DNA of 62,608 nt, counting the filler, from Sphacelaria rigidula (Eukaryota), in the NCBI GenBank assembly GCA_964200075.2. It is 5 parts of 5 records of this genome, joined end to end, with 100 filler letters (N's around TTAATTAATTAA, not from the genome) between each part and the next. Parts side by side here need not be neighbours in the genome. Positions count along the whole stretch, not along the records: positions 25,085 to 37,526 come from CAXNAA020003767.1; positions 37,627 to 50,067 come from CAXNAA020003768.1; 3 more parts are not named here. The stretch is one strand, 5' to 3'. Below, one piece after another: positions 36,996 to 49,100 of the stretch (position 1 is its first letter; every line of letters begins with the position of its first letter). The notes under the pieces are model-generated. The model worked only from the letters and a program-made list of their open reading frames with translations, made no database searches and was not told the DNA's origin. The position numbers and the translations under genes are program-made.

Positions 36996-38954
36996 TCACC
37001 CACCGAGATCAGTTGACCTTGTCGGCGATTATCCGTTTCTTAAGGCTGCCGCTAACTAACCGAAGAGTCATGTCACGGTAGGGGTGCACAACCTATTCCT
37101 CGGGTTCGAATTGTTCGGAGCCCTTTATTTCATTTATAAAAAACGACTCATGAAATATGTGAGAGCACGCTACGATTAACATTCTAATGAGCTAGGGATA
37201 TTTCGAACGAATTTTGAAACGGGAATATCCACACCCATATTCTTGTGTGGCTCCTGACTTTAGGACCCTTTTAATGACAAAGATCTGGGCCGAATCAAGG
37301 TTGCACCAACAAGAAAAAAAAGTAGAATGTATGCGGATTTTCGCGTTCAAGAGTCATCGTATAAAATGTCAGCTTAGAGCATCCCTAATAAAGTAGGTAC
37401 TTCCTCTGTCCCATAATAAGTAAAGTCCGTTATGTTTATACGAACCCTTAACGGTGTCTGATTTGATTTTCGATTCTTTCATTGCATTCGTTGGCGTTTT
37501 TTGAGCTAAACATAACACTCTTTCCANNNNNNNNNNNNNNNNNNNNNNNNNNNNNNNNNNNNNNNNNNNNTTAATTAATTAANNNNNNNNNNNNNNNNNN
37601 NNNNNNNNNNNNNNNNNNNNNNNNNNGGAAGGTATGGGTGAGTGGAGAGGGGGAGGGGGAGAGGGTGGGGAAGGAGTGGAAGAAAATGAAGTAGAAAACA
37701 AAAAAAAAGAATAGAAACACGTGCACAGTATATATATATATATATATGAATTTAACGAGTGGTATGAAGAAAAAAAAGCTGTGCAATATGATATCAACGG
37801 ACGCTTGTCTCGTGTAGCAGTATCGAAAACTATCTTGACGTGTGAAAACTCATTGCTTTTTGAAAGAAGAAAAAAACTCGCGTGGAGGCAGTGTATGTTG
37901 TGTGGTGATGTATAGTGGGTGTGTTGGATGAGGTGCGTTGTCAAGATGGTGAATTGATTGGTTGATTGCCGCACATGAATCGATCCGCGACGATCCCAAC
38001 CGTGGTGATAACGTATGGCATACGTAGCTTAACAAGCGGTAGAACGCTCACGACAGGAAATCGAGTACGGGGGGGGGGGGGGGGGGGGGTTCGGGAAAAA
38101 AAAGGGGAGAGAAAAAACACAGAGAAGAGGGAAAAAAAAGTCAAAAACAGAAAAAAAAAAAAAAAAACAAAAANNNTACGGATGAGAAGTAGGAGCCGGT
38201 GAAGTGCAAAAAGGAGGGGATGTGCGGGGGGGGGGGGGGGGGGGTCGTTCGGGACAAGACAGGAGAGAGAACAAACACAGCGAAGAGCGAAGAAAAAGTC
38301 AAATGCAGTACGATAAACAAGATACAATGGCGAGAAAAATGGAAAAAGGAAAACAGAGACGGTATGTTCAATTGTTGAAAACGTATACAAGGAGTGTGTC
38401 ATATTTTTTTTGTCGTGCCTTGAGCTTGCGGCGTCTTTCATAAGCGGATGGGTCTTTCGAGAAGGATGAAGCAATTTCCCGCAATTTCCATCTAGCTGAC
38501 GATGAAATCAGCCCCCCGTCCCGCCCCATGCCTCCAAGTCTCTATGCGGAGGGATAGTAGCTTCGTGGGCAGCGAACTGATCGTCCTTGAGATATTCACA
38601 TACAGTCGTGTGCACCATGTTTATTGACAGTGCGGCGTGATCTCCGGACAAATCCAAATACTCAGCCGCCCCACTGACTTTTTGTATTCGCAACATTAGT
38701 CACATCTTTCTGACTCGTGGGTGAGCTCGTACAAATCTCTCCGCAAAAGTGCAACATCTCAAACGCGAGTCTTTGCTCTGCATTTTTCACAGAAATTGAC
38801 GTTAGTCTCAGACCTTCACCTACATCTGACAACTCCAGTACTTAGATTTAGAGAACTCGCGACGGCGCCCCCGCAAAGTTGGGCTACAGTAATAAAATTG
38901 GGGTGTGTCGTAATTTTACAGCTTAATGTTCCACACCACTTGAGATGTAAGTAA

Positions 38955-39147
38955 GGACGTGTCTTGATTATTTATTTTTCGATCGAAAATGTGCGATGAA
39001 AAAGAAAAACTCTGATCTGATGGGTCGTGATGTCAACCATCGTAGCTTATTTTGATTATGGTTGAAATCACGACCTATAGGATCGGAATATTTGTTTCCC
39101 ACCCCACTTTTTCGATCGAGAAATGATGTGCTAAGACACGGCCGGCC
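38955..39147. mobile_element. PIF/Harbinger (Tourist-like) palindromic MITE, TAA flanks
   Basis: TAA|GGACGTGTCTT..TTTTTCGATCGAAAA ... TTTTTCGATCGAGAAA..AAGACACGGCCGGCC|TAA; internal GGTCGTGATGTCAACCAT/ATGGTTGAAATCACGACC stem. Confidence 0.78.
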
Positions 39148-39408
39148 TAAATATATTTACAATCAAGTGACCACGGCTGGATCCCTGACGGGGTCAGTTA
39201 AAGTGCGACAATTAAATCATAGATCAGATCGGCACCAGTAGTGGATCTATCATGGCCGTGTTCTTTCCCCCCCCCCGCTCCTCCCCTTTCTCGTCTTTCT
39301 TATTTTTCTACTCCAGTTTTCGTCTGTCTGTCTCTCTCTCGCTCGCTTTCTCTATCCCTTCATCTTGTTTTCCCTTCGTCATTCTCCAGCTTCCTCAGGT
39401 GACAGTGT

Positions 39409-39592
39409 CACACCCTGGAAAATGACTATACACATGTTCGATATATGCAGTAGACAAATAATATACGGGGTAAAGCACGGGCCTGTTGCAGCTATTGACG
39501 ATCGACAATAGTTGCAGTAGGCCCATAATTTATCCGGTACATTTTTTGTCTACTGCATTTATTGACCATATACTGTCATTGTCCAGGGTGTG
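39409..39592. mobile_element. Palindromic MITE with CCCTGG termini
   Basis: CACACCCTGGAAAATGAC..ATGCAGTAGACAAA ... TTTGTCTACTGCAT..GTCATTGTCCAGGGTGTG. Confidence 0.75.
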
Positions 39593-40021
39593 GACACTTT
39601 TCGTTTTGATACACGTCGGGAATACACACGGCTATCTATCTTGTCACCCACCACGGCTGTATTCCCAGGGGATCGCCTATTGTGCGACAGGCAGTTAAAT
39701 CAATGAATTCATCGATCAAAATTGTTACTCCTCCTTTTTTTCATCTTTTTAGTGATTCAGATATATTTATATATATATATATATGTAAATTACATTTTCA
39801 TTTTTTGTCCATTTTTTCATTTGTGTCGTCTTGTCATTTTTTTTTCATTCTCTTTTATTCAATGTTGCTACTCCGTTTTTTTTTTAATTTTTTAGTGAAT
39901 TTAGATATTGTGTTTTTCCTTATTTTCCCATTTTCACCTTTTTTTTTACGTTTTTTTCATTGTTTTCGTTCCTTGTTCCTTCCCTTCTTTGTCCTTTCCT
40001 TCTTTTCATTTCGTCAATTAG

Positions 40022-41574
40022 GTGTATTCTGGGGAAGTGGACACCGTGGGGGGCATTTTGGCAGCTCTGAACGTTACCGACTGGGCTTGGCCACCGTACT
40101 CCAGCAACATAGTGCTGGAACTGTGGAAGAGGACCGCCACCGAGTCGACGCCACGGGTACGTTTTTTTTCTCTCTTTTTTTCTGTCACACTTTCATCAAA
40201 AGCTTCGAATCTCGACATATATCGTCGTTGTGAGCAGAATCTATCTGCTTTACATCGAAAAAACCAGACCGCAGGCGACGGCATTTGGGATTAGCAAAAG
40301 TGATGCTGATGTGGTATTAGTAGAAGTGGTGCTGATGCAGTCCTCGACAACATAATATCAGTCAGGTGCATCATGTATGCAGGGAGAAAAAGCTTGACCA
40401 ACTTGAGATGTCGTATTCGTCCCGACGAATCAGAAGAGTTCAAAGTATGAAAAATGTTTTGTTCGTGTTTTTCAATTGCTTGATTGATTGTCGCACTCTA
40501 GCTGATCCCCCAGGAGTCATGATCCAGCAGTGGTCAATATCCACATGATGGATGTAGCCGAGATGGAACAACGTGAAAACACACGCTTGTCCCGAGGAAG
40601 GGGAGGAGTAAATAGTCAAAAGCGTGCTCAATGTGTGTTATGTTTCTATATATCCGTGTGCTGCACGAGTACCCGTTTTAGGCGTCAAGTTTTTGTTGAA
40701 ATGTTGTTAGATTTTTGGAAAATACGCACAACAGTATATATATATATACACATATGGTGCGAATGTCACCTCCATGGTTGTTGGTCAAATTTACTCGAAA
40801 AGTGAATGAAAACGTCTTCCAAGATGCATTTATTTTCGGCAGACGTCTGTAAAAACATTCCCCGCCTTAGCCAGTCCTCTCCCCCCCTCCTGGAGGGTTG
40901 ACGTCGGTTGGCAGCGACGCTGTAAAACACACCACTCACTGCGTAAGTTAGGCGACCAGCTTGCGTTTCTTTGAGGTAATCATGGTGTTGGTCGAGCTAG
41001 ATCATATTGTGCGAGGTGGACAACATCAACTCCGCGCAAAGGGGATGATCATACTACGTCGTGTTCGAATGGTGAGGCACCTGTGAGGCAGTGTAAAACC
41101 GTAACTGTCTCTGGAAGTGGCGATACCAGATAGAAAATGAAGCAACTCATTGTAGGCTGTCATCCAAATGCAAGATAATCAGTACGCTCCGGGGCGCACG
41201 AGCTTAGCAGGATGCAGCTTACCCTTCATGCGACTCGCCGAACACACCACGATGCTCCGCGCTTGGTGATTGAGTGCGAGCCTGGTGCGGCAAAAACCCG
41301 GCGTGCTCCGTCCCGGCTTTGTGGGGATACGAGGTCAATGGTCCTATGACTACGGCATGCATGGTAATGAGTAAACCCCCCTGGCGCGCCGACAATAAAC
41401 TTGTATTTGAACATATAAATCCAGGAGGCCGGAGGTCAGATGGAGGCGGAGCTTTTTATTCGTTTGCTATATAACGGACGGGTGGTGAAATCGTCGTTCT
41501 GCCAGCGAGATGAGTGTCCTCTTCGGACCTACAGGAGCCACGTTATGCAATTCCTGGTGCCGGAAAATTTAGAG
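40022..41574 (+). CDS. Histidine acid phosphatase family (branch 2) protein, C-terminal exons 40022-40156 and 41425-41574 (partial)
   Basis: Phase-0 GT-AG exons: VYSGEVDTVGGILAALNVTDWAWPPYSSNIVLELWK.. and ..LFIRLLYNGRVVKSSFCQRDECPLRTY.., matching the YSxHD..LLxAL..WPPYxSxxxxELW..VRxxYNG..C..CPL pattern. The RHG motif exon was not found. Confidence 0.8.
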
Positions 41575-41929
41575 GTGCTTATCGTTGCGTCATGCTCCAC
41601 TTTGTCCGCGCGTGCTTCGTCGTGATCTTTTTTTGTTTCTCCGTGTGTTTTGTATCCTGCATTACGCACATATGTGTGTGTGTGTCTTGTGCTGTGAATC
41701 TGCAACGTGTATGACTTTTTTCGTTGAAACGTTTTTCTTTGAAGGTACGTGTTACCGTGACGTGTCATGGTCCGCTGTGTGCGCGTGTGCGTCGTGATCT
41801 ACTTTTTGCTCGGTAACAATATTTTCGCCAGATTGAGAGTGCAGCTTTTGATTGAGAGTGAGTGAGCTTCTTAGCCCTCTGAAAAATCAGTACCATCTTC
41901 GCTTGCAAAGTTACTGCGTGACCCTGATT

Positions 41930-42298
41930 ACCAACCCTGGTGGCCAAAAGGTCAAGATTCCGAAAAAATTGTCATTGGGTGTATAATCCGAAAAAATAGA
42001 AACGCCGATAATCGATCCTTTGAAATCGCAACGGGTAACTACCCTACACTCGCAGTCACCGTAATAATATGAAGAATTTTTTGGAATGTAAGGCATTATG
42101 TGCGCGATGTGTAGTCAAAGCGAGCTCAATGTTCAGCAGCGTATTATACCAGACGATTTTTTCGATGATTGATATCCTTTCCCCCCTCTGCTTTTGCTTT
42201 TTCAACAAAACGGATGGTTCCCTATTATTAGTCGTAAAGCATCTACACGTGTTCCGCAACGTCATTTGACGTAACCCTTTTTGACCCCCAGGGTAGGT
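41930..42298. mobile_element. ~370-bp non-autonomous TIR element with CCCTGG-type ends
   Basis: ACCAACCCTGGTGGCCAAAAGG ... CCCTTTTTGACCCCCAGGGTAGGT imperfect ~22-bp inverted termini. Confidence 0.55.
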
Positions 42299-42459
42299 GA
42301 TGTGTTGAATCAGGCATCGCTACACCTGACATTCAGAAATGTCTGTGTTTCATGCTTTGATAAGAACACATGAAAGCAACGTGTTCCTCTCCAAAGCTGA
42401 CTCTCAATCATGAGCCATCCTCTCATTCTAGCAAAACATTTCTCGGTGTGTTTCATTCT

Positions 42460-42975
42460 TGATATTGATACTGTTACTCATATCGATACTGATACCCATA
42501 TTGATACCTATATTGATATTGATATTGATCCTGATCTTCATATTTTGAGCCTGCTAGTGATATTGATATTGATACTAATACTGATACTGATTCTGGTATT
42601 GATATTGATATTTTTATTCTGCTTTTGCTTTTGAAATTTATACTTATATTGATATTGATATTGATATTGATACTGAATCTAATCTCGATATTTTGATCCT
42701 GCTATTGATATTGATATTAATATTAATATTGATATTGATATTCTGATTCTGCTATTGATATTGATACTGATACTAATACTGGTATTGGTATTGGTATTGA
42801 TATTGATACTGGTCTTGATATTCTGATTCTGCTATTGATATTGATGTTGATGTTGATGTTGATATTTTGATTCTGCTGTTGATATTGTAATTGATGCTAA
42901 TACTAATACTAGTATTGATATTGCACTGGTACTGATATTGACGATCTTGATCTTGATCGTGATCTTGATCGTGAT
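42460..42975. repeat. Degenerate (GATATT)n hexamer satellite, ~500 bp
   Basis: Direct read; variants GATACT, GGTATT, GATGTT, GATCTT. Confidence 0.95.
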
Positions 42976-45900
42976 TTTTTTTTTTTTGTGTGCTTTGTTC
43001 CTGTCTGTTTCCTCTGACTGTCCTCTAATTTGTCCATCTCTCCCTTTTCTCAAATTTCCTACGAGTATCTCTCCAGAATCTGTTCCCGCTCATTCACCTC
43101 GGGGTACGTCTACATCTTCCTCACCACGGCTGGATTATGACTCGTAACAGATCGGTGAACATACGACAGTCAGTCAATAAACCTATTCATGAATCTATCA
43201 ATCGGCCAAGCAGTCAATCAGTGAATCACTACAGGGCTCTCATTTGTGGCGCAGTGTACTTTCAGGTTTCGGACCTTTCCGCTATTTTGGGAACGACTTT
43301 GAAGTGTCGTGCTTATCACCGCAAACCGCACGGTCATCATTTATCTACCAGCATGAATGGTGCGGGTCCCCATTCTCCCGCGGGTTTCCGGTCGACCCTT
43401 GATTTCTTGAGTGATAATTTGAGTGATTGCGTTATTGGTTCGTCGCAAATGTCATGATCCAAGATTGTGTTCTGCAGCGTAAGGGTATGTTACATAGTGA
43501 GGAGATTTCGTACAGATTCACCGAACTGTGGGGTACCGCTTTGGAAGTCTCACAGATCTTTTAGAACCTGTCGGGTACGGTAAGGAGGTTGTACAGAAAC
43601 CCTCACCCGCGACCGGGTATTTTTTCAAGGGCATATACCGTTACCCCCGGGTAAGGGTAAATATTTCGTACACATCTTGCAGGACGGTCGGGTACTGGTA
43701 TGAAAGGCTCACAGAACTCACAGAACTGCCATGTATGGGTAATTCTCCGGTAGATACCCCAGGTATACAAGGAAAATGTACCCTACAGAACAAAACCTTG
43801 ACATGATCCGCCACCGATCGGGTACAAATGCACAACGAAGAATATATGGGACGCTCGCTGAAAGGAAACTCAAGCAGAAGAACGGGGTGCAGCGGATGAT
43901 GAGAGCGTAACAAAACAAGAGGAAAACAACAAAAAAAAGACAAGATGAACAAGATGGGTGATCCTACTGAGACGCGGGTTGAAGAACCGTCTCCAGAAAA
44001 AATCTCGATTGCTTTCCCCTCCCCCCGCACGATGGTGAGACACCCGTGAGGCAGTGTATAAAACGTGGTTGTCTCTGGAAGTGGCGATACCAAAAAATGA
44101 AGCAACTCATTGTTGGCTGTCATCCAAATCCGAAGATAATCAGTAGGCTTTGGGTCGAACAATCTAGCAGGATGCAGCTCACCCTTCACGCGACTCGCCG
44201 AATACACCACGGCGCTTGGTGATTGAGTGCGAGCCTGGTCCGGCGAAAACCCGGCGTTGTCCATCCCGGCTTTGTTGGGATGCGAGGTCAATTGTCTTAC
44301 GACTATGGCACGCATGATCATGAGTACACCCTCACGTCCCTCACGTCCCCCATCTCCCGCTTGAGGGTTGAAATCGGTCGGCAATGACGCTATAAAGCAC
44401 GCCACTAACTGCGTAAGCTCGGTAACCAGGTTGCCGAGAATGTTTTCGCTTGCTTTTTCTTGGCGGTAATCATGATGGTGGTCGAGCTAGATCATGTGCA
44501 GGGTGGAGAACCTGAACTCCGCGCAGAGGACATGATCGTACTACGTAGTTTTTGAATAGGGAGGCACCCATGAGGCAGTGAGAACCAGTGACTGTGGAAG
44601 TGGCGATACCAGAAAATGAAGCAACTCCTTGTAGGCTGTCATCCATATTCAAGATGATCAGTACGCTTCGAGCCGTACAATCTTAGCAGGATGCAGCTCA
44701 CCCTTCATGCAATTCGTCGAACATAGTACGACGCTTGGCGCTCGGTGATTGAGTGCGAGCCTGGTCCGGCGAAAACCCGGCGTGCTCCGTCGCAGCTTAG
44801 TAGGGATGCGAGGCAATTGATCTTATGACTACGGCATGCAAGATCATGAGTACTCCCCCCTCCCCCTCGCCCGACAGCGCCCAGTCTAGCCAGCGATGGA
44901 AGGAGCGAGCATGAGAGTGACTGGACGCTCTTGCCGTTATGGTGTCGATGATAACAGCTGCAAACAAGGACTGTTTAACTGAATCCAATCGCCCGGCCAT
45001 GTTGTATCGTGGCCTGTTTCGTTTCATCTCTTACCGCGACGGTGATCCCTTCTACAGTAGCGTACTCGTACCTAATTCGTGCACTTACTGAACACAGTAC
45101 GGTGACACATTTTTTGTTGTTGTAAGTAAGTATAAGTCTAAGTCCTCCTTCCGTGTCAATTTGATATGAAAATAAATAAATGTGCGCGACTAGTTTGTTC
45201 TCCCTTTTTTTTTCTTCTCCTCCTTTCTTTTTTTTTTTTCCCCCTTTTTTCTTCCTTATTCTTTTTCCCTCTTCCCTCTTCTTCTCTCCTTTTGTTTTCA
45301 TTCGTTTTTATTAACTTTTTTCCCTTCCTTCCCTCACATCTGTTTTATGTTCGTGTGTGTTTGTTCCCGCTTGTTTTCAGGCTGCGTGTCAAGCGCACCA
45401 CCAACACTCGACGTCTTCAGCTCGTGCTGCACCTGGGCAGAACACAACACCCTCCCCATAAGAGTGGGTGGTAAAATTGTGTCTCGAGCAGATTTGCGGG
45501 GGGGCGGATGCTCGGTAGAGCACAAGGTGCTGATCCAGAAGCAAATAGCCCAAAACTTGATCACTTCGAGCAACCGATTTGAGTGAAAAAAAATGCGGTA
45601 CACATACATGCTCAGGCAGGGGTCATAATCCGACCTCTGTATAAGGACGGTATGGATAATAACAACGAATCTAGGTTAAGGTGGGACTTTATCGTGTTTC
45701 GGTCGTACTTGCTTCTTGCCCTGTAGAGGTGTGTATGCTTAGGGAGGTCATGATCCAACATCTGAATTAATAAATGGCTGGATAATGACATAATATCAAA
45801 TTCCCCACAGATGTGGTAAACCAGAAATCGTGCCAAATTTCGGCGTCGACTCGCACATGAAGATGCGACAGGTGGAGCGAGCTTTCCCATGTGACGATGT

Positions 45901-46048
45901 TTTATCGCATCGAGCTAAAACCGCTGGTGCATACTGGGAAGAGCCAGAAAAACAAAATGATGGAGCTTGGAATTTCGTCTGTACGAGCATGTATGACGTC
46001 ATTAGCCAGGGAATAGTAGTGAAATTTGTTTGTTGGTTTGAACACAAC

Positions 46049-46186
46049 CATACCCTGGACAAAAGAATACACGGTCGAAAAACGTACTGCGTACAGTATG
46101 AAATCTTTTGTCTATTGCAATAGACAAAATATTTCATACTGTACGCAGTACGTTTTTCGACCGTGTATTCTATTGTCCAGGGTATG
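46049..46186. mobile_element. Near-perfect 138-bp palindrome; core 46053-46182 flanked by TA (Tc1/mariner-type MITE candidate)
   Basis: CATACCCTGGACAAAAGAATACACGGTCGAAAAACGTACTGCGTACAGTATGAAATCTTTTGTCTATTG|CAATAGACAAAATATTTCATACTGTACGCAGTACGTTTTTCGACCGTGTATTCTATTGTCCAGGGTATG; 2 mismatches, no loop. Confidence 0.85.
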
Positions 46187-49100
46187 AACACGACGACACA
46201 GCACAGCACCGCCAATTTTGTACATGAGCACAAACTGGGAGGGGGGAGGAGGCGGGCCGGTACTCTGAATCCAAGTAATTAAGGTGCCAGGCGCAAGTCA
46301 GACCTCGTCCACGGCTGGAATTTGTTCACGTGGTTGTTGAAGAGCATGTTGCTATACTCGAAACAAGAATGTACTCTGCTTGCCGAGTTTGGTGGTGAAA
46401 ATTGACCGTGGGTCAGAAAAATCGAACCGAATGTGGTGAATAAAAAACGGCCAGACGGCTGAGGTTTGGGGTTGAGCTTCGGAGCTATCTTGACACCTCC
46501 TGATCCCCCTCTTTCACGAATGTGTTGAATGTTTGTCGAGTGTTCTCAAGAGATTTGTTTTCTTGTCTTTTGTCTTTTGTGGGCCGTGCGACCTGCAGAT
46601 AGCTTTGTATTACAATGAGTGCTTTAGTGAAGGTCAGGTCGTCAGTTGAGGCGTACTGTCGTGTCGTCGAGTACTTGGCGCGATGATGACGGCCTCTCGC
46701 ATCCTCTCCTGGGGGAGTACGTACGCCGAGAGGCCTCCGAATCGATCGGTCTTTTAGCTGTATCCATACATTGATGTTATCCGGTATGCGCCCGGTCCGC
46801 CTCGCCGCACGGATCCGGTCCGCCAAGAATTACCGGGTCTTCAAACAGCATTTGTTCATATATTTCGTATATATATATATATATATATGTCTGTGTTTGT
46901 GCGTTCTCCTTTCGTACAGGACAACACACAATGCTGACGCGTGAGGTGCTGCGCCTTCGTATGTCCAATTGGGAACGGGTGGGTGCCCTCTTCGTCCGTG
47001 CATGAGTTTGTAAGGTTTCGGCAGAATCACAAGTTTACGGCACATCGCTGCTAGTATTCGCAGCGTGCGTGAGACCTTCCGGGTTGGCCTCGCGAGTACC
47101 ATGAATGTGGTGTACCTTCTCGATGCCCCTTGATAATCAAGGGTGTGGCTTATCTGTTGTGTCGGCACCATTTTTTCACCTAAGAAATGATGTGTGAACG
47201 GCCCACAATGACCACCACCCTACCCTGCCGGACTAAGGATTGATTGACAGCGAGTTTTCCCCTCACCGATTGCTCAGATATATGTCGAGGTGCGGAGGGT
47301 GGGTCTTATTGGTGGTTCTCACCGGTATTTTGTTTGAGGCGCGCGGGGGGGGCGGGGGAGGGGAACGATTCCCCCCCCCCCCCCCCCGATTGCGCGGGTA
47401 GATGGCAACGTTGGGGAGGGGGGTCTTTGTTTGCCCTCGGCCAGGGAGCAGTGGTGGGCGTGTGTTGTCTAAAATGTCTGTCTCGTTATGGTAATGGGCC
47501 TCGTATGATTATCGTTTTGCGTCATGCCTCGTTGGATACCGTCGATGGGGTGCAATTCGTGTCCTGGTTGCATGTGTGATGTACGTTACTGGACCAAGCT
47601 GCTAGACCCGATGTGTTGGAACATGGCCGTGGTTGAAATTGATACAAGTGAGTGGAGGGGGTAGCGTTGTGGAAGCCAGCCGTATGACGCGAGGAGTTCG
47701 ATGGCGTTCAGCCTCTTCCTTGTTGCGTCGTTTCCAGAATTTCCTTGTTGTCGTACATCAATAAATACATTGTGTGTTGCTGATACGTAACACTCACCTT
47801 TTGCCAAGCACGTGTGTACCGGAATAATGGATGCCTGATTTATTTATATATATATAAATATATATGTTGGAATATTATGGATGATGGCGTTGTGTGCCCT
47901 GTGCCTTTTAAGAAAAGGTAGTAGCGTTCTTTCCTTGTATTCTCTTTTGTTTTCCTGTGCATCTATCTGGTGGAATATGATAGCGCGACAGAATCGTTAA
48001 TAACAACGAATCAACCAGGGGAGGTGGGGGGGAGGAAGTTTGCCCGAAATGTAATTGCTGGTCGAGCAGTGTCCTCGGTTTTGATGGGAACAGGGTTTTC
48101 ACTAGATTGAGAGTCTGGCGTTAGAAGTCACTTTGAAGGCGGGACCGCATCTTTGAGTTCGTTTTTGCTCTTGACATTGTGGCCGCCCTCGTCATAGAAA
48201 ATGTTGGAGCTGTGAAAGTGTATGTGGTATGTCGGTTGAACTTTGGGGATTTTCCGATCTTGCGCCAGCGGGGAGATTTATAAATCTGTACTGACGTCAC
48301 GAGCGTTCGCATTTTCGACACACATGGACTTGTGGACAATTGACTACAGCACACAAGTTTTTCGTGAAATCGATGGTATAGCATTCGATTTAGAGTGGGT
48401 GAGAGTTTATTAGGAGTACGATGTTTTCATGTGTCTCCAATTAATGAAACACTGACGAATAATAATAGGGGATGGTCTGTTCCGTTGCACCAAGAATGAA
48501 GCGAAGGGGGGTGAGCATATCAACCATATAATTCTTCCCTCTCATCAATTGCGCCGCTGAACGTTAGACCGGTGATATGATTACACGTCGGACGTAACGC
48601 CATGCATCCCAATGATACAAATCCGATTAGTACGTTGGATGCGAGAGTACCGTAATGACTCGTCCTGATTTCAAATAATCGTATATCGGCGCTTGCCCAT
48701 ACCTTCGCATTATACATCCAACGACTAATTCGTCGGACAGTTCAGTCTGTGACCGCCGGGGTTAGTAATCGGGGTTTTGCAGCAGCAGCTTTCCAGCTGA
48801 ACATGCTGCCGACTCCACACAAGGCTCATTCACTCTCAATCGAATCCTTTACTGTCAAATCTCACGAAAAAAACTGTGTACAGTTGTGTATTCCGCAATG
48901 AAAGGAGAGAGCGCTCGAGATTTGTCTCTTTTTCAGCACTACGAATAACCGTGAACACAAGAGAAGGATGCTTTATGCCGCTCCCCAGGTAGGCAACGGA
49001 CCCGCACATAACATGATACGATGATAGTGATGTGCCTCGTGGAAACCTTTCACAAGTCGGACAGCTCATGAGCTACCTGAAAATCACTATTTGTAGATTG

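Noticed and set aside
37627-38480. Long F/P/K-rich ORFs (also 39682..40233, 42410..42634, 44975..45474)
   Set aside because: Products of homopolymer or low-complexity, partly low-quality sequence (internal Ns at 38174-38176).
46485-48400. A/C-rich minus-strand stretch suggestive of a decayed LINE
   Set aside because: No RT or endonuclease motif could be recognised, so it was left uncalled.
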